Below, piece after piece: positions 1 through 10,155 of a stretch of DNA of 64,000 nt; position 1 is the first letter of the stretch; each line of letters starts with the position of its first letter. Below the pieces are notes generated by a model that saw only the letters and a list, made by a program, of their open reading frames with translations, was not told where the DNA came from and did no database searches. The stretch spans positions 92,653 through 156,652 of the forward strand of contig JAOUMY010000010.1 in assembly GCA_029881255.1 (NCBI GenBank), in the 5' to 3' direction. The position numbers were made by a program, and so were the translations under genes. The stretch comes from Gammaproteobacteria bacterium (lineage in GTDB: Bacteria > Pseudomonadota > Gammaproteobacteria > S012-40).

Positions 1-169
1 CGTTTTTTGCGTAACTTTTCATGTTTGTGACGTAGGTTGGGGATTGAAAATGCGCATATCGGTCCCCACCTGTATGCAGCACCGAACATAATTTTTTACT
101 TGGTCTCAGAAGGTTTTTTTGGTATTTAACGCCTTGATTTTATAGGCTTCTAGCGGTAACGGAGTAGAA

Positions 170-1057
170 ATGAAACGTATCTTCCTGTTTTTGGTGACCA
201 ATCTGGCCATCATTCTCGTTTTGTCCATCACTTTGCGCCTATTGGGCTTCGAAGGAATGCTTGATGCGCAAGGTGTCGATCTGAATCTCAATCAAACCCT
301 ATTGTTTGCTGCCGTATTTGGGTTTGGCGGCTCTTTTCTGTCACTGGCGATGTCCAAGTGGAGTGCCAAGCGCATGACGGGTGCGGTTGTCATTGAGCAG
401 CCACGCAACGCCACCGAACAATGGTTAGTCGAGACGGTGCGTCGCCAGGCGCAGGCCGCTGGAATTGGCATGCCGGAAGTGGCGATTTATGACGCACCGG
501 AAATGAACGCCTTTGCAACTGGGGCGAGTAAAAACAAGGCTCTGGTTGCGGTGAGTACGGGCTTGCTACGCAATATGGGGCAGGACGAAGTGGAGGCCGT
601 GCTGGCCCACGAAGTCAGCCATGTGGCCAACGGCGACATGATTACCCTGGCCTTGATCCAGGGCGTGGTCAATACCTTTGTCATATTCCTGTCACGAGTA
701 ATTGGGCATCTGGTGGACCGAGTTATCCTGAAGAACGAGCGTGGGCATGGAATAGGCTTTTTCGTCACAGCCTTCATCGCTGAGCTGGTGCTTGGTGTCC
801 TGGCCAGTATTATCGTGATGTGGTTTAGCCGTAAGCGTGAATTTCGTGCCGATGCCGGTGGCGCAAGTCTAGCCTCACGGAAAAAAATGATTTCCGCTTT
901 GGAGGCGCTGCAAAGACAGATGCAACCAAATAATGCTCTGCCAGATCAATTAGTCGCGTTTGGTATTTCGTCTACCGTAGGTCAGGGTCTAAAGGCATTG
1001 TTTATGTCTCATCCTCCTCTGGAAGAGAGAATACGCGCGCTGAAAGCCGCGAGCTAA
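170..1057 (+). CDS. htpX: Membrane zinc metalloprotease HtpX (peptidase M48)
   Basis: 295-aa ORF with N-terminal TM helices, an HEVSH (HExxH) zinc motif and the C-terminal SHPPLEERI typical of HtpX. Confidence 0.9.
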   Translation: MKRIFLFLVTNLAIILVLSITLRLLGFEGMLDAQGVDLNLNQTLLFAAVFGFGGSFLSLAMSKWSAKRMTGAVVIEQPRNATEQWLVETVRRQAQAAGIGMPEVAIYDAPEMNAFATGASKNKALVAVSTGLLRNMGQDEVEAVLAHEVSHVANGDMITLALIQGVVNTFVIFLSRVIGHLVDRVILKNERGHGIGFFVTAFIAELVLGVLASIIVMWFSRKREFRADAGGASLASRKKMISALEALQRQMQPNNALPDQLVAFGISSTVGQGLKALFMSHPPLEERIRALKAAS

Positions 1058-1074
1058 GACGTGCTCAAGCACAG

Positions 1075-1106
1075 AAAGGCGCCCTCGTTGTGGCGCCTTT
1101 TTTTTC
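1075..1106. terminator. Bidirectional rho-independent terminator between convergent htpX and the FimX-like gene
   Basis: AAAGGCGCC-ctcgttgt-GGCGCCTTTTTTTT. The GC stem is flanked by an A-run and a T-run and lies between the stops at 1057 (+) and 1114 (-). Confidence 0.6.
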
Positions 1107-1113
1107 GACAGTT

Positions 1114-3177
1114 TTATATGGCGCTTTTGAAATCGTAGGAAAGAGTGGCTTGAGGTTGTTGTATATAAAAGCCCTGAATATGTCCAATGCCTGCCTGCCA
1201 CAGAAAAGACACGCTACTGGCGTCTTGAACCGAAACAGCTATGACCGTGGCTTTGGCGCTGTCGCATTGGATGATGATCTTTTTGATGGTCTGTTGATTG
1301 CGACGATCGTGCAAAATATTGGTGATGAGCGAACCATCAATCTTGACGTAATCAAAGCTTAAACTATCCAGCAATGTTAAGTGATCGACGGATTTTCCAT
1401 AGTGCTCGATACACGTTTCAAACCCCAGCTTTTTCATCTCGGGTAATAAATTTCTCAATCGTGGCAGATACTGTTTACAGGTGTCCGCGTCAAATTCGAG
1501 TGCAACCTGGTGCTTACCAATGTCGAATGTCTCTTGTATAGACTGTAGCCACACGGGAAACGTGCTGTCGAGTATCGAAGCAAGCGAAATCTTTACAAAC
1601 AACTGTATAGGGTGTTCGCTGTCTTTGTGTGACTGTAAGGTCTGAAAAGCATTAATGATGACCCACTTGTCGATTTGGTGCTCAATACCACATTGACGCG
1701 CGGCATGCAGAAACTGTGTTGTTTGTACCTCTTCATCATTTTCGATGAGTCGAATAAACACGTCATAGCGATCAAAATGAAAACGGTTCTTCAAGGCCTT
1801 AATCGGCTGGAAAAAAAGACGAAATTCGTTTTGATTGATAGCGGTTTCTATACGATGTTTCCATTCGATATCGCTATTTTGGCTGGTGTCATAATCATGA
1901 TAGTGGTCGAAAACATGTACACCGTTGCCTCCGTTGCGATAGGCTACCTGGCATGCAGTTTGAGCATATGAAATGAGCTGGTCGATATTGTCTATGTGCT
2001 CGGTTATTGCAACAACCCCCATGCTACACGTTAGCGAGATCTTCCCGCGTTCCGTATTAAAGGGTTTCTTGGCAATCGCAGCGCAGAGCTTTTCCGCAAG
2101 TTGTTCTGCGAACTCACTGTCGGTCTGGCGTAAAAGAATTAGAAAAACGCTAGACCCCAGATACGTTATTCGGTGAGGCGCTGGCAAATTTTTCGATAGA
2201 ATATGCGCGCATTGAAGTTGCAGGTGATTACTTGACTTTATCCCAAGCGATTCTTTGGATGCCTGAAAATCATCGATTTCGATAAAGCAAAGGCAGTTTT
2301 CCTCAGTTTTCTGTTTTGCGAGGGAAATAGCGCGCTGTGTTTCTTCCAGGAAAAACTCAATATTGTCTGTTTCAGCCGCTGATTCAGCTGATGATGACTT
2401 TGGCCGATGATCGGCGCGTGAAGTGTCTGATTCTACTAGCAGGAGTACTGAGGCCTCTTCCTCGAAGCGTATAGGTCTTAGGGAAAGTCGTACCGTTATG
2501 ATGTTACCGTCACTGTGCTGTAGACAGGTATCGATATGTTGCGTTGTTTGATTACTATCCTTCTCGATTTTTGTGATTGCCGACTTCATGGTCTTCAATG
2601 ATTCTGCAGGAACCAGGTCGAGTATGGGCAGGCTAGTCAGTTCCGGATGGTCCAGTAATCGATGAAATTGCTGGTTTGCGTATACAATATTTCCCTGGTG
2701 GAGTACCGCTACAGCTTGATCAATGGCGTCAGCAAGAATGCGCAGATTGATCTCTGTTTGTCTGGCCATCTCGCGATTAAATAGCGCCTCTTTTACCAGA
2801 TGTGAACGGCTCGCCAGAATATTCAGGTGTTCGGCCAAAGAACCCAGTTCATCTGAGGAGAAAACTTCATCTGCGCCGTCCTGGACATAATTCAGTGCCT
2901 GGTCTCGGTGATAGGTTTTTTGTATAACAATAAGTGGCGTATAGGGTAACTCTTGTTCGCGAAAGGCCAGAACCTGCTGGAAAGTCTTTTTGGAATGTTC
3001 GGGAGTATAGAGTAGGAGATCAAAGCTTGAGTTACGAGTAGGCAGTTGTAGCGGGGCATCCGAGTAAACCCCTTTTACGCTGACATCGTAACCATGTTTT
3101 CTCAGCAGGTCTGCATAAGTTTCAGCATCGGTCGCGGAATCATCGATAACAAGAATATCTATGTGTTGTGGGTTCAT
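1114..3177 (-). CDS. fimX: FimX-like c-di-GMP signalling protein: degenerate REC - PAS - degenerate GGDEF - degenerate EAL
   Basis: 687 aa. The receiver-like N-terminus (ILVIDDS) lacks the usual phospho-acceptor Asp context (FDLLLYTPE). The GGDEF position reads GSSVF, the EAL position reads DVF and the DDFG position reads EHYGKS. The QPI, KIDGS and QGFY landmarks are kept. Size and domain order match FimX. Confidence 0.6.
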   Translation of the reverse strand: MNPQHIDILVIDDSATDAETYADLLRKHGYDVSVKGVYSDAPLQLPTRNSSFDLLLYTPEHSKKTFQQVLAFREQELPYTPLIVIQKTYHRDQALNYVQDGADEVFSSDELGSLAEHLNILASRSHLVKEALFNREMARQTEINLRILADAIDQAVAVLHQGNIVYANQQFHRLLDHPELTSLPILDLVPAESLKTMKSAITKIEKDSNQTTQHIDTCLQHSDGNIITVRLSLRPIRFEEEASVLLLVESDTSRADHRPKSSSAESAAETDNIEFFLEETQRAISLAKQKTEENCLCFIEIDDFQASKESLGIKSSNHLQLQCAHILSKNLPAPHRITYLGSSVFLILLRQTDSEFAEQLAEKLCAAIAKKPFNTERGKISLTCSMGVVAITEHIDNIDQLISYAQTACQVAYRNGGNGVHVFDHYHDYDTSQNSDIEWKHRIETAINQNEFRLFFQPIKALKNRFHFDRYDVFIRLIENDEEVQTTQFLHAARQCGIEHQIDKWVIINAFQTLQSHKDSEHPIQLFVKISLASILDSTFPVWLQSIQETFDIGKHQVALEFDADTCKQYLPRLRNLLPEMKKLGFETCIEHYGKSVDHLTLLDSLSFDYVKIDGSLITNILHDRRNQQTIKKIIIQCDSAKATVIAVSVQDASSVSFLWQAGIGHIQGFYIQQPQATLSYDFKSAI

Positions 3178-3201
3178 TCCGCACGTATCACAGTAGCATC
3201 A

Positions 3202-4998
3202 TCAAATCGACGACCATATCTGGTCAAAGTTCTTGATGCGATCGTTCTTGTCAGTCACCGAAGACTTTTCTGCGGTTTCCAGAATATTGAATTGAAATTG
3301 GGAAAACGTGCTGGTCGATTCCAGGAGCTTTGTCAGTAAAACCTTGACTTTCTGGCCATGGATGTCGAGTTTGAGTTTGTCTCCCACATGGTAAAGCGAT
3401 GGTGTAATCAGTGTGCGTGGCTGATTAACCACGCGAGCCTCGGGCAACATCAGGCTTCGGGTATAGTTCGTCACTTTCGCCTTGGCTGAAATATTTCTCG
3501 CAGCGATGGCCTCGGCCTTTGGCGCTAGTATCTCGACGCCCAGAAAAATATCGTCGTTACGATTTCTAATCCAGCGTATGACGCCGATATTCCAGATTTT
3601 ATCCTCGTTATCCAGTTGTCGCATCCCAATCAAGGAACCAACCATCGTCTTTAAAGGCATATTTTGTCGCCAGCGTATGCAATAGCCGCCCGCGCTCTCG
3701 TTTACCAGCATGCAGCGATGAGACTCATATAGGTCTTGTTCCGGATCTTCAAATTCCTGAACCTCGGTCTTATATGCGGTATCGAAAAAAGTTGGCACAT
3801 CGAATTGATCAGGGACTTGCAAACTGGGATTGTCGGCGATGTCCCATACATCGGGCATGCTGGTGTTGTCGACGGTGTTCTGGCCTACCAGCTTGCTTTC
3901 TTCAAATTGCGCACGCGTGTTATACGAAACGGTTTCTCTTTCCACCTGGGTTTTGTCGATGAAGTAGTGAGTCGCGCTCAAGCCCAGCGTCACATTTACC
4001 GGTAGATTCTTGCCGGTGCGGGTGAAATTGCGTTTGGGTACTGCACCCCAGGCGAGCACGAGTCGCTTTGTCGTTTCCGGGAGCAAATCCGCTACGGTAG
4101 CGGAATCACCTTCCAGATCGCTTGTAAGATCACGAATTCTGCGCGCTAAGGCACTGGTGTCGATGATACGAAGCTGGCCGTTATTCGCTTCGTCCTTGTT
4201 GTGGTGCAAATAGACTGGTGGTTTATCAACGTCCAGGTCAACAACGAACAAGCCACTCGGATTGCTAATGGCGTTGACGGGCAACAGGCTGACATCGTCA
4301 ACCCACTCTGTAAGCGCGTCGTACACGCGTTGAATTTCTTTTTGTGGCAATCGATATGGATTGGCAACCGTCAATAAAAGAATTCTTTTGTACAACTGTT
4401 CAATGCTGAAAGACGATTTGCCGTCTCCTCCCTGTCTGATTTTCGTATTTTCTATTTTATTGTGCTCAGCGAATAAATAAAGATGATGCAATTCAAGCCA
4501 GATATTTTTGTTGGGTTCATTATAAACTTCGTAGCATTTGAAAAGTATGTGACTAAGAAATTCGACTGCACGCGTAATAGAGGCGATAAAAATCTTGTTG
4601 TCCAGACTTTGCGCAAAACCCGAAAGATTGGCGTTAAGAATAATTTTGTAGCCGATGGCCATTTCCCAATACAGCTCTCGGAGCAACTCTGATATACGGT
4701 AGTGTTTTTGCGAGAGTGGGAAAGGTTGCCCCAGATAATGTTTTGTTAGTGAGCGGTTGAGGTATTCCACCGGTTTGTGGAACATCTCCAGAATTTTGAA
4801 GCGCTGGTTGACCGGCATGTTATAGCGATTCAGTTCGGTTAGCGCGCGATATACCTGACGTGAAGTCTCGCCAATATGGGCCAGTGGTAAGTCTGCAATC
4901 CATTTTTCTGCGGTTTTGGAGTTTGCGTAAGGTGCCTCAAGGCTTTCCAGCTGTTGGTTGGGGATATAGAGTTTTAGGGCATTGCTCGTCGGGTTCAC
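3202..4998 (-). CDS. Conserved 598-aa protein with a C-terminal PilZ-like region (function unknown)
   Basis: Long ORF 24 nt upstream of the FimX-like gene on the same strand. The C-terminal part has NESAGG (N-x-S-x-x-G), but I see no RxxxR at the expected distance, so it is at best a non-canonical PilZ. Confidence 0.5.
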   Translation of the reverse strand: MNPTSNALKLYIPNQQLESLEAPYANSKTAEKWIADLPLAHIGETSRQVYRALTELNRYNMPVNQRFKILEMFHKPVEYLNRSLTKHYLGQPFPLSQKHYRISELLRELYWEMAIGYKIILNANLSGFAQSLDNKIFIASITRAVEFLSHILFKCYEVYNEPNKNIWLELHHLYLFAEHNKIENTKIRQGGDGKSSFSIEQLYKRILLLTVANPYRLPQKEIQRVYDALTEWVDDVSLLPVNAISNPSGLFVVDLDVDKPPVYLHHNKDEANNGQLRIIDTSALARRIRDLTSDLEGDSATVADLLPETTKRLVLAWGAVPKRNFTRTGKNLPVNVTLGLSATHYFIDKTQVERETVSYNTRAQFEESKLVGQNTVDNTSMPDVWDIADNPSLQVPDQFDVPTFFDTAYKTEVQEFEDPEQDLYESHRCMLVNESAGGYCIRWRQNMPLKTMVGSLIGMRQLDNEDKIWNIGVIRWIRNRNDDIFLGVEILAPKAEAIAARNISAKAKVTNYTRSLMLPEARVVNQPRTLITPSLYHVGDKLKLDIHGQKVKVLLTKLLESTSTFSQFQFNILETAEKSSVTDKNDRIKNFDQIWSSI

Positions 4999-5135
4999 AG
5001 TAAATCCTTCCTGTCTGCCGGGGCGCGCGCTCCGGTTTATTGGGTATATTTTCGGCTAGGTTGATGAAATTCTTTATGCTTTTGGACCGGATACGGGGAA
5101 AAAATTCAAATTTGCAGAAAAGAAGGAGTACACAC

Positions 5136-6152
5136 TTAACTTATTGAATAGATAAAACTCTTCCCCACTTCTCCAGGAATTTCGCGAACCAGCCTCGGTA
5201 ACAGGTAGCCAGGAAGCTGCGCATGCATGGATTGATATATCGTTTGAACCGCCTTGTCAGGCACCATGAAATGGGTTGCGCCCTGTACTTTGTCTAAAGC
5301 ATGTAAATAGTAGGGTGCGATGTCAGCCGCTGCCAGGGCGTGACTCAACTGTACGAGCGATTCCGCATCGTCATTTACTCCTTTGAGCAGGACGCTTTGG
5401 TTTAAGAGACGAATGCCCGCCGATGTTAGTGCCGCCGCAGCCTCTTTTAACTTGGTGTCGATTTCTCGGTGATGGTTAATATGTAGAACCACTACTGGTT
5501 TCAGGCGAGTCCCCGTCAAAAGTCGAATCAATGTCTCGGTAATTCTGCAAGGAATAACGACTGGTAAGCGGGTATGCACGCGTAGATAGCGTAGATGGGG
5601 AATACTTGCCAGGTCTTCCAGTAGCGGAGCGAGTTTGCCGTCAGTGAGGCTGAGCGGATCGCCACCGCTGAGGATTACCTCGAAGATGCTCTCATCCTGG
5701 CGCAGGTAAGAAAGCGTGTTTTGCCATTGACTTCCTAGCGGGTTGTTATCGCGATAATCGAAAGACCGGCGGAAGCAATAACGGCAATGGACAGCACAAG
5801 CTGGCGTAAGAAGTAGTAATACTCTGCCCTTGTACTTGTGAAGCAGACCGTGTTGTCGATTTGCAGCAACATCACCAACGGGGTCGGCGCTAAAGTCCTT
5901 GGCTTCGATGAGTTCATCGCCAAGCGGCAGTATCTGTCTCAATAATGGGTCGTTGGCATCTCGTGGGTGTATGCGCTGCAGATAGGGTTCAGGAACCCGA
6001 AGTGGAAATAGTGCATGGGCTTTGTGTGCTGCCGGTAGCAAATACGCCGGAAGTTCAAGGCGCTGGAAGAGCGCTTCTGGCGTATTAACAGCATTTGCGA
6101 GAATATTCTGCCAATCAGAGGCGTGCCACGATGGCACAATTCGAGGTATCAT
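5136..6152 (-). CDS. epmB: EF-P beta-lysylation protein EpmB (lysine 2,3-aminomutase-like radical SAM enzyme)
   Basis: Radical-SAM motif [13 protein letters not shown], and end-to-end resemblance to E. coli YjeK. I moved the start to the ATG at 6152 (MIPRIV...) because the longer tracked ORF runs into efp. Confidence 0.85.
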   Translation of the reverse strand: MIPRIVPSWHASDWQNILANAVNTPEALFQRLELPAYLLPAAHKAHALFPLRVPEPYLQRIHPRDANDPLLRQILPLGDELIEAKDFSADPVGDVAANRQHGLLHKYKGRVLLLLTPACAVHCRYCFRRSFDYRDNNPLGSQWQNTLSYLRQDESIFEVILSGGDPLSLTDGKLAPLLEDLASIPHLRYLRVHTRLPVVIPCRITETLIRLLTGTRLKPVVVLHINHHREIDTKLKEAAAALTSAGIRLLNQSVLLKGVNDDAESLVQLSHALAAADIAPYYLHALDKVQGATHFMVPDKAVQTIYQSMHAQLPGYLLPRLVREIPGEVGKSFIYSIS

Positions 6153-6201
6153 AACGCGATTTTTTACCCGAGTGAGTGTAAACGCCCCAGAAGAGGTTGA
6201 T

Positions 6202-6774
6202 ATGGCGACATATAGTACAAGTGAATTCAAGTCCGGTCTAAAGTTATTAATCGATGGTGATCCTTGCGTCATCGTCGAAAATGAGTTTGTGAAGCCAGGC
6301 AAAGGTCAAGCCTTTAGTCGCGTGAGGATTCGTAACCTCAAGACAGGTCGTGTCGTCGATAAGACGTATAAGAGTGGCGAATCAGTTGAAGCGGCCGACG
6401 TCATGGATACCGATATGCAGTATCTCTACAACGATGGTGAGTTCTGGCATTTCATGCATAAAGAAACCTTCGAGCAGGTGGCGGCCGACGCGAATTCCGT
6501 TGGTGACGCAGCGAAGTGGCTCAAAGAGCAGGATACCTGTGTGGTCACGTTGTGGAACGGCACGCCGATTGTGGTGACGCCGCCGAATTTTGTGACCTTA
6601 CAAATTACAGAAACAGATCCCGGTGTACGTGGTGATACGGCTAGCGGTGGTGGTAAGCCCGCAACCCTGGAAACCGGTGCTGTGGTACGCGTGCCACTCT
6701 TCATTGAAACCGGAGAGATCATCAAGGTGGATACTCGTAGCGGCGAATATCAGGGTCGCGCCAAAGAAGAGTAG
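6202..6774 (+). CDS. efp: Elongation factor P
   Basis: [14 protein letters not shown]...[20 protein letters not shown] contains the conserved modified-Lys loop (PGKGQA). The start is the ATG at 6202 inside the longer tracked ORF. Confidence 0.95.
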   Translation: MATYSTSEFKSGLKLLIDGDPCVIVENEFVKPGKGQAFSRVRIRNLKTGRVVDKTYKSGESVEAADVMDTDMQYLYNDGEFWHFMHKETFEQVAADANSVGDAAKWLKEQDTCVVTLWNGTPIVVTPPNFVTLQITETDPGVRGDTASGGGKPATLETGAVVRVPLFIETGEIIKVDTRSGEYQGRAKEE

Positions 6775-6782
6775 TTCTGATT

Positions 6783-7739
6783 GTGGAAGAATTGTGGCGC
6801 CCGTCGGCGAATATCGAAATGTTGCGCCAACGGGCGCTTCTGCTTAGACAACTGCGTGAATTTTTTTACAGCAGAAATTATCTCGAAGTTGAAACACCGC
6901 TGCTTTCCCATGCCGTGAATCCCGACCCCAATATAGACAGTTTTGTCGTAAACGGGACGGACACCGGTCTTTTTTTACACACCTCGCCAGAGTTTCCCAT
7001 GAAGCGATTGTTGGCCGCAGGTAGTGGATCGATTTTTCAAATCTGTAAAGTGTTTCGAAAAGGTGAATACGGGCAGCGTCACAATCCTGAATTTACTATG
7101 GTCGAATGGTATAGGCAGGGCTATACCTACCGACAGTTAATGGATGAAATTGATGAATTGTTGCAGCAAATATGCAACTTTAAAACGTCGAAAAAGTTAA
7201 CATATGTACAGCTTTTTAAGACCTATACAGGACTTGATATCTTTCATTCTAGCGTCGTTGAAATGCGACTTTTGCTCGAAAATAAAGGGTGTTTTTTTAG
7301 TGACAATATCGATAACGATATCGATACATGGCGAGACCTGGTCATGACGCATCTAATTGAGCCACAGATTGGTTTTGAGCAACCCATGTTTGTTTACGAC
7401 TATCCCGCGACACAATCGGCATTGGCAATTATTTCACCGAACGATGCAAACCTTGCGCAGCGATTTGAGCTGTACATAAAAGGCAAGGAAATAGCGAATG
7501 GTTATCAGGAGTTACTCGATGCTGATGAGCAACAACGACGCTTTCAGGCACAGCTAGACATACGCCAAAAACGGGGGGAAAGTGGCTTGCCCCTGGATCA
7601 GAATCTGGTCGAAGCATTGGCAGCAAGTGAGATTGCAGCTACATCCGGTGTCGCGCTGGGACTGGATCGCTTAATGATGGTATTGCACGACATTGAGACT
7701 ATGCCGGAAGTTGTCTCCTTTGATTTTGTGCGTGCCTGA
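6783..7739 (+). CDS. epmA: EF-P-lysine lysyltransferase EpmA (PoxA/GenX, LysRS class II paralogue)
   Basis: 318 aa with class II aaRS motifs (FRKGEYGQRHNPEFTMVEWY, GVALGLDRL). GTG start 9 nt after the efp stop. Confidence 0.9.
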   Translation: MEELWRPSANIEMLRQRALLLRQLREFFYSRNYLEVETPLLSHAVNPDPNIDSFVVNGTDTGLFLHTSPEFPMKRLLAAGSGSIFQICKVFRKGEYGQRHNPEFTMVEWYRQGYTYRQLMDEIDELLQQICNFKTSKKLTYVQLFKTYTGLDIFHSSVVEMRLLLENKGCFFSDNIDNDIDTWRDLVMTHLIEPQIGFEQPMFVYDYPATQSALAIISPNDANLAQRFELYIKGKEIANGYQELLDADEQQRRFQAQLDIRQKRGESGLPLDQNLVEALAASEIAATSGVALGLDRLMMVLHDIETMPEVVSFDFVRA

Positions 7740-8080
7740 TGTAAATCTGTGCTATATCGCAATAAGTCGAATCTATAACTCACCTGAAACTTAAAGACAT
7801 TTCTTATGATTTGTCGCGAATTTTTACAATTTTCTTCTAGTTGACTCGTGTTGTTAGGTATTTAGCCTGGGTATTAACGTAACCGATTGTTATTAATGGC
7901 TTAAATGAATTTGGCCTAGTATTTGCCATTGCGTTATAGCCAATTGGTCATAGGTTAGGTAGTACTTATGCACTAAAAACACCTAATACTAAAGTGCTAT
8001 ATTTCTGACAGGATTTGCTATGCTGGCGGTATTAACAATCAACAACAACGCTGTAAGCGTCTCTCCGGTTAGACGGATGG

Positions 8081-8461
8081 ATGAGAGAGCTACACGCAAG
8101 CATGAGGTGTTACATGGGGGCTGCAAACTATATTGAAAATCGTTGGAGCCAACGTCGGCCGTTGTCGATGCAAGTGGAAGTGTTGAGTGGTGGCGTAAAG
8201 CTGGCTCAGGGCCAGGCTCGTGACGTAGGGCTTGGAGGTGTCTTTCTTTTTCTTGATCTGGAGCAACAGCCGTCGGGTGAAATCGATGTGGAACTGTTGT
8301 TTGACACCGGTAGCAATGGTGAGAGCCGACACAAACACAAGCTCCGGGCGCGCATAGTCAGACATTCTGCCGAGGGAATAGGTCTGATGTTCAGAGACTT
8401 CGACACGAGCTCGTTTAGGGCCTTGCAGGAAGTCATGCGATACACTGACGTTAGCAACTAG
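8081..8461 (+). CDS. Stand-alone PilZ domain protein
   Basis: RWSQRR (RxxxR) followed about 25 aa later by DVGLGG (D-x-S/G-x-x-G). The exact start is uncertain. Confidence 0.65.
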   Translation: MRELHASMRCYMGAANYIENRWSQRRPLSMQVEVLSGGVKLAQGQARDVGLGGVFLFLDLEQQPSGEIDVELLFDTGSNGESRHKHKLRARIVRHSAEGIGLMFRDFDTSSFRALQEVMRYTDVSN

Positions 8462-8590
8462 GTAAGTTACTTCGAGTTGTTACCCTGAGCGAGTCAGATT
8501 AAACATGCTCAAATGGGTACAAATCTCTTCAAAACGCAACACTCCGAACCTGTCTGTTGTCAGGCAGGTTCGAGTTCGTTCAAATAGATC

Positions 8591-9472
8591 TTAAATTCCT
8601 TTCGCCAGATGTTGTCCCATTTGAACGCTGCCGCCAGGAAGAATGTTCTTTACCCATTCAACTTTATTTTGTCCGAACAACACAATCACTGTTGAGCCCA
8701 TATTGAATCGCCCAAGTTCGTCGCCTCTCGCCAGCGTCTGCGAGCCGGGTGCGTAGTTCGTTGTTACGACTCGGCTGCCATAGGGAGGAGTGATTGTGCC
8801 GGCCCAAACAGTTTCCATCGACGAAACAAAGATGGCACCAACCAGAATCACTGCCATAGGTCCGTAACAGGTTTCGAATATTGAAACCACTCTTTCATTG
8901 CGAGCAAAAAGGCTTGGTACCGCTCGCGTTGTCGCCGGACTGACGCTAAACAATCGTCCGGGTACATGGACCATGTGTTTTAACTCGCCGGCTAAGGGCG
9001 TATGTATTCTGTGATAATCGCGTGGAGAGAGATAAATAGTGGCGAAGCTGCCGTCCTTGAAAGGCTCACACAATGACTTATCCCCGCCTAGTAATTCAAG
9101 TAGCGTATAACTTCTGCCTTTGGCCTGAAAAATTTTTCCATGTTCAATTTTTCCTGCCTGACTGACAGTGCCATCGACAGGGCAGGCCACATTGGTTTCA
9201 CCTTCACACAACGGTCTGGCAGAGGGTTTGAGCGCACGGGTGAAAAAATGGTTGAATGTTTCATAGCTGAGAGGATTTTCTTCCTGCGCATCGCGCATGT
9301 CGACATGATAATTTTTTACGACAAAACCGATAAGCCAGTTTTTAAACCATTTGCTGCGGGAGCGCGTAAGACGATGCATGACGCCCGACAATAGTTGATG
9401 AGGTAACACGTATTGGGGAATAGCTTTGAAGTAGTCCGCTAGTGAAGCTTGCTGTAAAGGTTCTGTGCTCAT
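8591..9472 (-). CDS. psd: Phosphatidylserine decarboxylase proenzyme
   Basis: 293 aa with the self-cleavage motif in FNMGSTVIV (G-S-T) and a conserved PSD core. Confidence 0.9.
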   Translation of the reverse strand: MSTEPLQQASLADYFKAIPQYVLPHQLLSGVMHRLTRSRSKWFKNWLIGFVVKNYHVDMRDAQEENPLSYETFNHFFTRALKPSARPLCEGETNVACPVDGTVSQAGKIEHGKIFQAKGRSYTLLELLGGDKSLCEPFKDGSFATIYLSPRDYHRIHTPLAGELKHMVHVPGRLFSVSPATTRAVPSLFARNERVVSIFETCYGPMAVILVGAIFVSSMETVWAGTITPPYGSRVVTTNYAPGSQTLARGDELGRFNMGSTVIVLFGQNKVEWVKNILPGGSVQMGQHLAKGI

Positions 9473-9542
9473 CGAATCCGCCGTAATAATTGCAAAGCGT
9501 GGTATTATCCCATGAAAATCTTTTCATACCATCACTTTTAAT

Positions 9543-10043
9543 ATGATAAATCTTGAAGCCCTAAATCAATTGTCTGTACTTTCAGAAAAATGTGGCGAGT
9601 TGCTGCGGCAAAACGGGTTGATATTGGCGACCGCAGAAAGTTGTACCGGCGGCTGGGTTGCAAAAGCCATTACCGATATCGCTGGAAGCTCGCAGTGGTT
9701 TGATCGTGGGTTTGTCACCTATACCAATATCTCGAAGACTGAGCTGCTCGATGTGAATCCTGTTACCCTGACACAATACGGCGCGGTCAGTAAAGAAGTC
9801 GTGAGCGAAATGGCCTTAGGCGCGTTACGATTCAGCCAGGCGAACATCAGCGTAGCTATTAGTGGTATTGCGGGCCCAGGCGGAGGAAGTCAGGATAAAC
9901 CGGTGGGAACTGTGTGGTTTGCATGGGCAAAGCATGGTGAATTGCAGAATGCGGAGTCACTTTTGTTTGCTGGAGATCGGGAGTCTGTTCGGTTTTCCGC
10001 AGTGCTGCATGCAATACAAAAAACGTACGAATATTCTCATTGA
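9543..10043 (+). CDS. pncC: CinA C-terminal domain protein / NMN amidohydrolase PncC
   Basis: 166 aa with LATAESCTGG...ISGIAGPGGG typical of the CinA/PncC family. In E. coli this gene is the immediate upstream neighbour of recA. Confidence 0.8.
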   Translation: MINLEALNQLSVLSEKCGELLRQNGLILATAESCTGGWVAKAITDIAGSSQWFDRGFVTYTNISKTELLDVNPVTLTQYGAVSKEVVSEMALGALRFSQANISVAISGIAGPGGGSQDKPVGTVWFAWAKHGELQNAESLLFAGDRESVRFSAVLHAIQKTYEYSH

Positions 10044-10155
10044 GTATTGAGAGCAAAACCGATGTGAGTAGTAGTTTATTGCGTAGGTACGAGGGCTAAG
10101 CTATATTTTTTAAATTGGTTTTAAAAAATCGAATTTTAGCCGATAACATTCCATC

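Noticed and set aside
7740-8080. 340-nt AT-rich intergenic region upstream of the PilZ gene as a small RNA or mobile-element remnant
   Set aside because: I could see no inverted or direct repeats, no terminator and no conserved RNA motif. It is most simply a promoter/leader region.
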